In this document: positions 1 to 11,596 of the stretch, in pieces
How the letters are laid out: each line of letters begins with the position of its first letter
Numbering within the stretch: position 1 is the first letter of the stretch
From: Vitrella brassicaformis CCMP3155
Taxonomy: Eukaryota > Protista > Chromerida
NCBI GenBank assembly: GCA_001179505.1
Contig: CDMY01000520.1
Span: 186,001-250,000, forward strand
DNA length: 64,000 bases
Direction: 5' to 3'
The notes under the pieces: generated by a model
Seen by the model: only the letters and a program-made list of their open reading frames with translations
What the model was told of the DNA's origin: nothing
Database searches by the model: none
Translations under genes and position numbers: made by a program

Positions 1-606
1 CGCGCGCTCCGTGGTGTGTGTCTTTTTGTTGTGCTTTGAGTTGGGGTACGTGACTTTCTTCACACGCTCAATCTCCACCAGCTCGCTACCCGCCCCCTCC
101 TTGGCCGCACCCTCAACCCCCACGCCCCCAGCACCCTCAGCAGTGCTGCTGCTGTAGCTACCGTAGCCCCACACCTGCTGATACTCGTCTGTACTGACGT
201 CAGCAGGGCCACTGGCGCCCACGCACTCAAACTCAGCCTGAATGGTCCACGGGCACTTGTATCCATTTGTATCTGGATGCATTGCTGTTGAGGCCCACCT
301 CCTCCTGCTGCGTTGTGATGCAGATCTTGGGGGACAGCGACGCCATGTCGACCTGATCGACATCGACATGTAAAAAATGCACACAGACACATGAGTAGGC
401 GTGTGTGGTTGTATTGTATTTGTGTATGTTGGGGGGTGGGGGTCACGTTCAGTTGGAGCGCATTCTGCTGGTAGTCAACGGCGCCCTCTTGCGGGTCTCC
501 GCCGGTACTCAGCTGGCGGTCCGCCATCACCACACCGAGACCACCGAGACCCACACCGATGTCACCGCCCCCCGTGGGATCCTCAGACCTGACGCACACG
601 CGCACA

Positions 607-641
<35 letters not shown>

Positions 642-3600
642 GCATGCCATTCTCATATACAGACAGATATCTGTGTGGGTGGGTGTAGGATGCACTGCAT
701 CGCATACTGTGTTGCGCTGGAGCCCCCAGCTGGAGTGCTGGCAGATACGTTGAAGGCCTTGGACACTTCCCTCTCGCCCTTCTGCCGATCGACAGTGGTG
801 ACATTGACGAGTGTGCTTACGATTAAACTTCACGTGACGCCACTTACGGTCATAATGACCTCTTGTCACGGTGTGGGCAGGGGGCCATGCCGTCCTCGTG
901 CTGCTGCTGCTGCTCCTCGTGACTGTCGTCGCCATCGCGTGAAGTCACACCGACACCCACACGGACACAAATGAAAGGAGAACACCAGATGTGTGCGTAT
1001 GTTGTGTCTGCAGTCATTACGCTGAAGCTGACGACGTGTGGATGCCGTCGTATTGGCCGGCGTCTTGGAATGGGGAGCCGCCGCCGAGCATCTCCCCGCC
1101 GCCCACAAGTGGGGTGGGGGCGGGCATGTCAAACGAACTCTGATCAAGCATGACCATGATGCATACACATACAAGCCGTGAGTGTGCGTCTGTGTCTGTG
1201 TCTGTGGTTTGGCCGTGTGGGGGTGTGTGTTGGCTGCCTGTGGGCCGAACTTGACATTGCACGACGATTGCGAGCCAGCTGACGTACACACACGCACAAA
1301 CACACACAGAGAGAGAGAGAGGGAGGGAGGGAGGGAGAGAGAGAAGGGGAGAGGGGGGACGACCAGGGGACAAATACGTGTGTGTCTGCTGCGCTTGGTG
1401 TGTGTGCTGCATGTGCTACATTTGCGGTAGTGGTAGTGGTCTTGAGTATGGAGTCAGGGACGAGCTCAATGAGGTCGCGATGGATGCAAACATTGCCCTG
1501 AGCAGACACGCAGGCAAACAGGCAAGTGATGCGGCGGCCGGATCGTCATCTGGTGCGCGGGAGAAGAGCTCACTGTGATGCGATCGAAGCCCGTCTGCCA
1601 CGACCCGCGGAGATGATAGTTCCTGAACGAGTTCATTCATGGGCGTGTAAATGGACACATTCATGGCGCCCGACATCATGCGGCTCGCTCACCTCGGCTC
1701 TGCACCATTCACACACACGTAGACAGAGGGAGAGAGAGAGAGGGAGACACGTATGTGGTTTGGTGTGGATATGTGTGTGTGGTGTGTCGCACCCACCGGG
1801 CTCGGCCTTGACTTCGGTGAGTTTGTCTTTGGTGCTCAGCTTCCTCCCATCGCCGTAGACTGACACAACACAACACGCCAGTCCCGTGTTTGCCGTCCCC
1901 CATCTCCACCCACTTAACTTACTACGCGTCAGGTTCGGGCACGAGTGGCTCATCATCGAGTTGCAGAACACACCGCCTGCGGCACACACAAACGAATGCG
2001 GCCAACGTGGTGCGTTCATTTACTTATCAGAAAGCCCCCCGCTCCCCCACCCACCTTTGCGGCACTCGTATGGATTGCCGAGTGCAGGTGAGACGGCCCG
2101 TTTCGTGCTGGTGCTCCTCTTGAGCTCGCCTGCACGCGTCATTCAAGACAGCAGGGGTGTTCTGCGTCCCCCTGTGCGTGTGAATATGCCATGTTGATGT
2201 ACCGAGACCTGTCAGATTGTTGTGCGATGTCGGGTCTCCATACGAGGACACTAACAGAGGTGACATCCCTGTGTTCAACCAAAACCAAAGCCACATTCGT
2301 CTGTGGTGTGTGTGTGTGTGTGTGTTGTCGGTTCCGCCTCTCACTGAGCAGAGATGTGTCAGCGTAGATGCCACCGAATAGGCCTGACATACCGACGACC
2401 AGCCACACACACATCGATCCATTCATCCATCCATCCATCCATGTGTGTAGTGTGTTGGGTTGCCTGTGTGCGATGAGCCGCCACCATACGACGATGACGT
2501 GACTGAAAGACAGAGAGGTGACACCCATCCATTCCATTAGACTTCCATTAGTCCATCCATCACTTTGGCTGCTGGCATCTGTGTGTGTGTGTGTGTGAGG
2601 TGCTGGTACAGTACTGATGGCTCACCGATTTTTCCTCTGATCATCAGTGTTCTGTAGAGCTCGCCGACGGCGTCGAAGTGGATCTCCTGGGTCTGGTCGC
2701 GGCTCCCCATCCAATCGGCGATGGCCGTCAAGGCCTTCTCCATGGCCGACTACCAAGCGAAATGCCAAGAGAGACACATATGTGCGTGTGCGGTACGGTG
2801 CGGTGCGATGTGGTGGGGATGCACTCACCTTCGTGTCGAACTTGAGCTGGAGTTTTGGGATGCTTTTGGGCTTAGTGTCCAGAGTGAGAACTCTGCAAGC
2901 ATGTCAACATCCATCCATCAACGAGTGTGTGGCTCCCCCCCTCCCTCCCTCCCTCCCTCCCTCCCTCCCATCTGTTCGTTGTCTGTGTATTACTTGAAGC
3001 TTTCGTCGTACAGCAAGTTGGTGATCTTTGAGAACTTGAACTCGAAGTTGGCTGCGAGAAGGAACGGGCATGTGAGTGCGGTTGGTAGGTCATGTGCCCA
3101 GCCTACCAATGTGTTGGCGTTCCGTACTCTGGATCTCGTATGCGTAGAAGACGAATCTGTCGTCGCACACTTCGAAGATCCCCTGCAGTGCATTGCAAGG
3201 ACATGCACACACAAAGGCATGAGTACACGCATGGCTGCATGTGAGGCTGTCTTCTCCACTTTCCTCACCTCCGTCCATTTGTCGAGTACGGTGAGGCCCT
3301 TGCCCCACTTGCCCCCAATCTCCCGACCAGTGCAAGCGCTGCAGACAAGGGCAAAGGTCAACGATGGGTGCGTGTCGTGTGTGCATCGGGGACTTATCAA
3401 AATTTGCCTACAAGAAGGTCTCCTTCTCCGGCTTGACTGACACATACAACGAGGAACACACCCTCATCCCACGCTGTATGTAGTTCTCCTGGTCTATACG
3501 TACGTTTCTGTCCCGTCTTGACGCCCATACTGTCAGAGCAGGGCATCGACATGCCAACAGCAGCACCTGCAGGTAAGGAACTAGCAACCATCACGCACGT

Positions 3601-4008
3601 AGCCATGGCGCCTTTCCTGTTGCATCGTTACTCACCGTCACGAGTCTCCTCTTCCACCGAATCCAACGCTGACAAGTCCAAACAAACCACCACGCGCACA
3701 CACACACACACACACACACAGATCCCCATCCACACACACACCATCATGCCTTGTTGTGTCTTCCCCGCCCATCCGCACCGCGAGTTTTGCCCTCCGAGTC
3801 GGCCTTCGGCTCTGCGGTCACGTGCTCTCTCTGGAGCCCCTCCTCGAGGCCCGTGCCTACATCGATGATGAGAGCTCCATCCATCCATCCATCCTCATTT
3901 GCAAAGGCCGCCTCCTCATCCATCCACCCTCCAACCCACCCACCAGCCATGCATTCATATCCCACCCGTCATGCTCTCACCCTTGGACGGATCAGCCGGG
4001 GAGGTCAT
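1..4008 (-). CDS. Hypothetical protein with an N-terminal PH-like domain; many small exons; 3' end probably runs off the left edge
   Basis: Manual splicing from ATG 4008 (MTSPADPSK) gives a frame-consistent chain: ...LKPEKETFFACTGREIGGKWGKGLTVLDKWTE|GIFEVCDDRFVFYAYEIQSTERQHI|ANFEFKFSKITNLLYDESFK|VLTLDTKPKSIPKLQLKFDTK..AMEKALTAIADWMG. The beta-strand run ending in a helix is PH-like. Later exons are low complexity and less certain; the span could be two genes. Confidence 0.55.
600..640 (+). repeat. Representative intronic compound microsatellite (CA)n(GA)n; similar tracts occur in most introns of the window
   Basis: CACACACACACACACACACACAGAGAGAGAGAGAGAGAG; other examples at 5022-5056 (GACA)n, 13380-13400 (GGAT)n, 17889-17938 and 33995-34053. 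Confidence 0.95.
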
Positions 4009-4282
4009 CCAGGCGGTGTCAACAGACGAGAGAGATGCCAGGCCTTGAGAAGACGAGATGTGATGGCTCGTGAGAAGATCGTGAGAATTTCTGCCTTCTC
4101 CCGAAGAACGCTTTTGAACCGAAGAACGCTTATGAATGCGCGCAGTTCATTTACCACGTTCTAAGGGTAGGGTTTGGTGGGTCTAGGGCTGCGGTTCCCG
4201 GTGAGATCTGCTCAAGGAGCACCTCCCTTCCTCGACACGTATGGATAGAGCACAACGATGCAATAGATGAAGGTGCATGGAT

Positions 4283-5021
4283 TCATCCGCGCGCAGCAGC
4301 CAGGGCACAGTCCAGCCGTTCTCGCACACGAACCTTCCTGTCGTCAGGGAGGAACGAGCCACGTAACGCGTCTATGCTCGTTAACAGAAAATCAGCCTCA
4401 GAGATCCCCAGCCGGGCGTTGAGCATCGCGTACTCCTCTGCTATGCCGCTGCCCGTAACGCCAGGATCATCTGCAGATGGACAAAATGGGTGACAGCGTA
4501 CAGCTGGTAGCTTCTAAGGGGCCGATTGTGTATGTGTGTGTGTGTGCGGAAGCACTTGCCTGTATTGACGCACACACGTAGCCCCTTGGAGAGGAAAAAG
4601 GGCAGCGGGTGCGCCTCGACGGACTTTACTGCCCCCGTGAAGACATTGCTGGTGACGGACAGCTCAAGCAGCACGTCCCTCTCATTCAGCCACTCCACCA
4701 TGGCCTCGTCCCGACCCACCAACACCTACACAGGACACGACACACGAGGAAAGGCACATACATGTGACGGTGGGCTCGGGTGCGGTGTCTGAGGCGGCCT
4801 CTCTGCACTTCCCTCCTCCCCAGAACGCACCCCATGGCCGATTCGCGTGGCACCCATCTGCTCCACGGCAAAGCGCACGTTGTCCTTGGCCCGCCCCTCC
4901 ATTGCGGCCCTCGAGCAGATGTCCTGACCGCAGTGGACAGTGAGGGGCAGCCCCACGCCCTTGACAAGGGGCCAGCACCACTCGAGGTCATCCTCACTGC
5001 CGGCAACGTCCAATCCTGCAC

Positions 5022-5058
<37 letters not shown>

Positions 5059-5694
5059 AAATCATGTGCCTGCCTGTGGTGTGTCTGTGCAGGTCCGTCG
5101 ATGCATGTGTTACCCACCGCAGAACATGTCACGATGGATGGCGGCGAACTCAGCGGTCTTCTTGACTGAATCCGCGCCCAGCGTGCTGACCGCCAGGCAG
5201 ATCAGTCCGACCTCTATATCAAACTTTTTCTCCGCCTCACGTATCCCCTCAGCAACCGCACCCAGCACTTCGTCATAGGACAGGGGGTGTGGTAAGCTGG
5301 CGGGCGGGGGGTCAGGCGAGCAATGGGCAGGGGCGTAGCGGAGCTCCAGCAGCTGCACGCCATCACGGGCCTTGTCCTCGCAGACCTCATAAGCGATGCG
5401 GCGGAAGAACTCTGCCTCGCGATAGAGCACCTGGGAGCGGCCGAACACCGACAGAAAGGCTGATAGATTCGGCAGTGGGCGGGAGGGCTGGAAATAATCC
5501 TTGAGATCAGCTTCATGGTCCTCTGTCTGGAGGCCGTATTTGTGCCAGTAGTGGAGGATGGTCGACAGCCGAACAGCACCCTCCAGATGGCAATGCAGCT
5601 CCACCTGCACACACACACAGACACACACACACAGAGGACCAGTTTTTGGCAGATCAACGTATCTCAGCCACAGACCTTCGGCAACGCCTTCCAT
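4283..5694 (-). CDS. ADA: Adenosine deaminase family protein (amidohydrolase TIM barrel); catalytic Glu position is Gln
   Basis: Exons give MEGVAEGLWLRYVDLPK|VELHCHLEG (HxH metal motif), LLELRYAP, GLDVAGSE, TVHCGQD, GATRIGHG, LELSVTSN, VCVNT|DDP and a C-terminal helix ending LAAARG* at 4283. Confidence 0.92.
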
Positions 5695-5783
5695 TGGTCC
5701 ATCTGAGCCCTTGCCGATGGATTTTCTCCCCTCTCTTCTCCTGCGAGCTGGATCGCATCAAAGCGGCGAAACTTGAAGGAACC
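5695..5783. promoter_or_regulatory. Putative bidirectional promoter (ADA-like / UBA-like gene)
   Basis: Only 89 nt between the two divergent start codons. Confidence 0.55.
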
Positions 5784-6563
5784 ATGATGACGGCAGCGGA
5801 AGCATACGTGGCCGTCAGGACGATTGCTGAAGTCACGAGTGAGTTGTTGTCGCGCAGCCCGGCATCCAACTGGGAAGCCAACGAGCGCTACGCATACCTC
5901 ACCCGATGCGCTGCGGAGACCAAATGGACCAAAACCACACGAGGCAACAAGCACCAAGGTGAGACCACAGACGCATCAGCTCTGCAGATCTGTGTGAAAC
6001 TCTAATGGTGTATAAGTGTGCTTGATTCAGTTGGTTACGTGAGTAGCAGCGGTGTGTGGATGCCTCAGTGGATGGCCAAGATGACACCAACTCAGCTCAA
6101 GGAATGGATCATCGACGACCGCAACAGAGTGCCCGACGACGGCATCGCCACATACCCAAGCAGCCCAGCGGAATCATCCCCCTCTCCTTCAATGGCGTCT
6201 GGCGACCCGTCTGCTGATGCGGTGGCGCTGCAGCGGTCGCTGAGGGATGGCGACATTGGTGGGGCGATGTCGGCCGTCACGAGGCTTTGTGCCGCCAGAG
6301 CCGACCTGGAGGTCTTCATCGACCAGGTGTGGATGTGGGTAGTGAGGCTGCCAGTGGAGATGCATGGCGTGTGTGCAATGGATGATTGTTTCACCTCTCT
6401 GTGTGCGCGCGCGCGCGTGTATGTGTGTTAGGCTGAGACGATTCGTCGCGCCAAGCAGTCGATGGGCGGCACTTTGTGTGAGCTGGGCTTCCCCCCTGAG
6501 AGGGTGTTCGCTCTCGTGGAAAACAAGGACAGTCTCGACGCTTGCTTCGCCGAACTCTGCTAG
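5784..6563 (+). CDS. Hypothetical protein with a C-terminal UBA-like helical segment (3 exons)
   Basis: ATG 5784 MMTAAEAYVAV..NKHQ, GT-AG intron, VGYVSSSGVWMPQW..EVFIDQ, intron, AETIRRAKQSMGGTLCELGFPPERVFALVENKDSLDACFAELC*. The LGF motif and terminal ACFAEL helix resemble UBA domains. Confidence 0.6.
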
Positions 6564-7750
6564 CCTCTGCCTCGCTCATCGCTGCCCTTTTCTTTTGGGG
6601 GGGTGTTGATGGCTGGTCATCCGCGAAGAACTGTTGGGTGTGTAGATATCGTGTCTTGTTCGGCCTGGCTGACGTTGGTTGATTCGTTGACTCATGTAAC
6701 GTATCTATCTACCGCTCTAGCCTGATGTGGCGAGATGCCCTTTGCCCTTGTCCATGCGTGAAACAAATCGATCATTGCCAGAATCACGTTGTCTGCGGCT
6801 GCCCCGCCCTGCAACACCGTAGGGCCATCGATAAAAGGCCAACAACAAGCCTGGCCTGAAAATGAGACCGGCCATCCATCCATCCATCCAGTGATAAAGG
6901 GCATGCGACCATCAGGTATCCACAAAGATGCACAAAGGCACCCACCCCCGTCCCCCATCAATCCGATCAACCCACAGACATGAGGACATGCATGCGCATC
7001 TTCCCCATCATGCCCACACACAGTGGCGATACAGGCACTGAGACAGACAGAGATTGAGACGGAGAGAGAGAGAGAGAGAGAGATACAGGCACACATCGAG
7101 GGTCCGTGACACTCAGCGGGGCGCTCCAGTGCGCTCGAAATGTCGTCAGGTGTCCCTCTGACACTCATGCAATGCACACACGCACACATGCACACATCAA
7201 CACATTGACAGAAACGCCACACCCATCGATCGACCTGCAAACGCTTCGCGTGACATGACAGTCAGCAAGCACCCGTCAGTCAGGACCAGCCAGTAGAGTG
7301 AGTAGGAGGGGGGAGGGATTCGGTACCGTACGATACTAACTCGTATGCAGGTGAGTAAGAACTCCCCTAAAGCAGATGGCAGCTGGTCTGTGACCCACTG
7401 GCTCGACTATCACCACGCGCACCACATGCAGACACGACACGACACGCATACGTCCGGCACACACGAGTATCGAGCCAGCAGGGGATACACAAAACGCGCG
7501 TCACGCGCTTGGAAAATCTCAAGGATCGATAAGGGACGACACAGAGACAGACAGACGCCACGAAAAAGCGCTCGACGACCGACTCGTCAACAAGGCGGGC
7601 GCGAGAAGCACAAAGAAGCGTACGAACGAACGAACGAAGGAGAGGAGAAGAGAGGAGGGGGAACATAGGAAGGGGCCAAGGCGTACACATACATACAATG
7701 CAGTCGTGCAGACAGCGACTCAGCCCAATATGTGGGCCAAAAGCCGCCGG

Positions 7751-8703
7751 CTACGCACTGCCATCGCCGTTGGCAAGAGCCGCAGCCTCCCTCTCCTCGA
7801 TGATGCGTTCGACCTCCTCCTTGATGTCGCCGTGCGCCCCGCCATAGCCCGCACCACTCTCAACGCGGTCCACGATCGCCTCGAGCTCGGCATCAGTCAG
7901 ATTGCCCGCATTGCCCCCATGAATGCCGCCATAGCCACTCTCTCCCTCTGCAGTGGCATTGCCGTGCACACCGCCATAACCTACCACGACCAAAGAAAAA
8001 CGAGGGAATGTCCCGAGCTTGCTTGTGTGGGAAGGTCTTCCCTCAGATCGTCTGTTCTGACCTGCACGGGCGCCTTCCGGTGTGGCCTCTTCGGACCCAT
8101 GGATGCCTCCGTAGCCACTCTCTCCCTCTGTCGTCGCGTTGCCGTGCACACCGCCGTAGCCTGACCAGTATTAACCAGACACGACACGAGCATTAAAGAC
8201 AGACACGTGTGCCCGCCCGCATCCGTCAGTCAGACTTTGCCCTCACCAGCGGGAACGCTTTCTGGCGTGGCCGACTCGTCGCCATGGACACCGCCATAGC
8301 CTGACAGCAGACGAGCGAGCAAGAGAGCACCGATTGACGCACTCTAACACATGTGTCTCAATCTCTACATGTGCTAGGTAGATCTACCCTACCTGATTCC
8401 TCCTCGGCATGGTAGCCACCATATCCAGGAGGCACCTCCTCGGCGGACACGTTGGCAGTGCCGTTGTCGTGGCGGCCGCCGTAGCCGGCGCCCTCCACCA
8501 CCTGATAGTCACTTTCGACCTGGGCGCGGCGTCTCTCAGCCGACGTGCGCAGGTGCCTCGATGGGAGGGCCGACGCCTGCACGCCCACACAGAGAAAGAA
8601 AGCAGTGAGCATACCCAGACAGAGATCTTCCACATGGCTGACTGACCAGAGCGATGCAGAGAAGGACCAGAGCGGGCAGCGCGAACAGGTGCGATGGCTT
8701 CAT
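7751..8703 (-). CDS. Secreted 207-aa protein with eight GYGGxH repeats; exons 8647-8703, 8393-8576, 8247-8300, 8062-8160, 7751-7980
   Basis: All four introns are GT-AG. Exon lengths 57+184+54+99+230=624 nt give one open frame: signal peptide MKPSHLFALPALVLLCIALASA, a basic ERRR site, then GYGGRH, GYGGYH, GYGGVHG, GYGGVHG, GYGGIHG, GYGGVHG, GYGGIHG, GYGGAHG separated by acidic spacers. Confidence 0.85.
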
Positions 8704-9003
8704 GGATGATATCTGGCCCTCAGAGCTGCAGCAAGCAAGGCACACGCAAGCAATGGCGTTGCTGAGCGTCCAAGCCTGACGAGGCCCCACCTGCCGAGTG
8801 AAGTGGACGGCGTCTGACAAGATGCCAATTGATGCTTTTGAGGTAGATCTCTTGAGGTTTCAGTACTGGGGCAGGCTGCTGAAGTGCCTGAGCTACGTGG
8901 GGTGCGCAATTTCAGCCAGCGAAGATCTTTTTCAATTGTTTTCGCGCCTGCCCTGGCTCTTTGAGCTTGCGGCACCACTCATCCTAGAAGACGCCGCTGC
9001 AAG

Positions 9004-11070
9004 ATGCAGACGCTGTCGAATTGGGCGAATAACATCCCATCGACGACCTGGTACCGTGCCTTCAAGGCGGCCATCGTCAACCTGATCCCGTTCCCATGGC
9101 GGGCCAACCCGCCCCAGGTGGTGATGCTGGCGTGCGAGTACGACCTCTCCAGCCCCGAGAGCAACAAGCAGTTCCTCGACGACTTCTGCAGCAGGACCCT
9201 CTTCACCTACCGCGACCAGTTCACCCCGATCAGCCAGGACCAGGACATGATTGAGATGGACGCCTCCCCCCCGCCACACGGATTCTCGGCCGTCCACAGG
9301 GAGGCGGGCGGCATCCTCAGCGACGCCGGCTGGGGCTGCATGATCCGCGTCACTCAGATGGCACTCGTCCAGTGCCTCATCTACCACACACTCGGCAGGG
9401 ACTGGCGATTCAACACGCGGGCTGACCTCACACCGGGGGCCACCTTCTGGCAGCTAATAGCGCTGTTCATGGACACCCCGTCCGCCCCCTTCTCGCTGCA
9501 CAACATCGTTAGGGAGGGCCTCAAGCTGGGGAAGCGGCCGAGCGAGTGGTTCGGGCCGACCTCTGGCGCACTTGCCGTCAAGAGCCTGATGGACCAACAC
9601 GGGGCGCAGAGCTGTGGGCTGCGGTGCGTGACCTTCCCTGAGGGCATCATATACACCAACGAGGTATATAGGTGACACGGGCGACCGAACAAATGTGTTC
9701 ATTCAGTGGACTGATTGTGTCTGTGTCTGTCTGTGTGCAGGTCCTTGAGGCCTTCAGTGGCGTCCCACGGAAGGAGGCTGCGGACAAGGCTGCCGGCGCC
9801 TCGTCGAGCAGTGGTGGCCCGTCAGCACCAGCAGGGCCGTCATCATCGCCTTCCGAGTGCCCCACAGCAGATGAGCCACAGGCAGCCCAACAGGCCAAGA
9901 GGGAAAGCAGCGGGCCTGCAGAGGATGTCAGGTGCGTGCGAACAAACGAAGACAGGCAGGGAGAAATCTCTGGCTGACAGGTGTGTGTGTGTGTGTGTGT
10001 GTGTCAGCGGTGTGGTGATATGGTTGTGTCTGCGTCTGGGTGTGGACAGCTTCAACGTTGACAAGTATCAGAGCCCCATCCAGGCCTGTTTCTCCATCCC
10101 ACAGTTCCAGGGCCTTGCAGGCGAGTCCATAGACACCATCCATCCAGCCATCCATCCAGCCATCCATCCATCCATCCACCATTGCACGAACAAAGACATA
10201 CACATGAATCATCCATCATCTGTATGTCTGTGGTTGTGTGCAGGTGGTGGTCCGGCCAACAGCGCGTACTTCTTCGTGGCGGCCAACCGCGAGAACCTCT
10301 ACTTCCTGGACCCTCACTCCAAATGCCAGGTAACACGCACGCACCGATATATGCCTGCAATGCAATGCAAGGCACCCATGGGCAGCGGCACCCGATGCAC
10401 GATTCGCTCTGACTGCCCTCCGCCCCTCCCTGCCTTGTTTCCCTCTCTCCCTCTGTGTGTGTGTGTGTGTGTGTGTGCATGTGATGGTGCCTGCGGTTGG
10501 TTCCTGGTGGATGGAGGTGTGTGTGTCTGGGTGCTGCTGGTGTCGCGATCTGTGCTGCCCCTTTGGCCTCTGCAAACGGCGGCGAACGTGGCGCCACGGC
10601 GGGCAGGCTGCCTTCACCGAGATCCCCTCGCCCACCGCCCCCGAGCAGCTGGCGGCCTTCGCCTGCCAGGTACACCCATCCGAGCCGCGGCAGCTCGCAT
10701 GGTCGTCGCTCAACCCTTCCATGGCACTCGGATTCGTTTGCCAGGTCGGTCGGCCGGTCTGTCACACCGGACCCCCCTCACACGCATCTGCATCAGTGCT
10801 TTTGTGTTGTGTGTCGTGTGGTTGCGTGTGTGCACTGCAGACGGTGGATCAGTACGAAGACCTGTGTGCGCGGCTCAAGGCGGTGGACGCCGACCTGTTC
10901 GAGATCCTGCCCACACGGCCGGAGTACAACTACGAAGGTATGTCTGTCTGTGGGCACTTGCACACAGAAGGGCAGCTGGCAGCTCAGAGAGAGACCGGTT
11001 GTGTGACTCCGTGTGTGTGTGTGTGTGTGTGCAGGCGGCCTCAAGACGGACGAGGAGGACCCCGATTTAG
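9004..11070 (+). CDS. ATG4: Cysteine protease ATG4 (peptidase C54)
   Basis: FTYR, SDAGWGCMIR (catalytic Cys), FGP, LCLRLG, GGPANSAYFFVA, YFLDPH (catalytic Asp/His), NPSMALGF; ends GGLKTDEEDPI* at 11070. Confidence 0.95.
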
Positions 11071-11596
11071 TGCTCCTGTGATGGAAAGGAACGGGATGTG
11101 GGGGCTGCGGGTGAGAGAGCGAGTGGGATGAGAGCCAACTTGTGTAGGTGAGAGAGAGAGGCCTTGCTGGTGAGTGAGTGGGACTCCTGCTGTCTTGCCT
11201 GCCTGATTGATGTGTGTAAAGTAGCTGAGCGCGTGACGTTCGACAGATGGACAGATATATGCAGGGGTGTGTAAGTGGCACTTTTTGCGTCTTTTTGATT
11301 GATGCCTGCTCGAACGAAATAAGTAAGGCGCCGGCTTGGCTTGCTCAACTAGCTTAGCATAGCAGCGTCCATCATTTGCTCAACCAAGGCGGAAACAGCC
11401 AACAGGACGCCCGACAACGCCAGCGCTTTCACCTTGTCCAATTTGCAAATTGCTAGCCGCTCTCGCAACTGATTCACATGTGCACACAATGGACAGACAC
11501 CATACGGTCCACGCATCCACCGCACCGCACACCCACACACACGCGTCCACACATCGCACGGTAGCTACAGATGTTGCCAGCTGGTGAGTCGATCTG

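Noticed and set aside
6692-7240. Possible minus-strand gene (182-aa ORF) downstream of the GYGG gene, considered as a possible tailoring enzyme
   Set aside because: No consistent exon chain or enzyme motif could be built; much of it is microsatellite. Not excluded without RNA-seq.
7751-8600. GYGG repeats as a CRISPR-like array or enkephalin (YGGF) homologue
   Set aside because: Repeats are codon-degenerate, protein-coding and split by spliceosomal introns; no cas genes. The YGG match lacks Phe and flanking dibasic sites and is probably coincidental.
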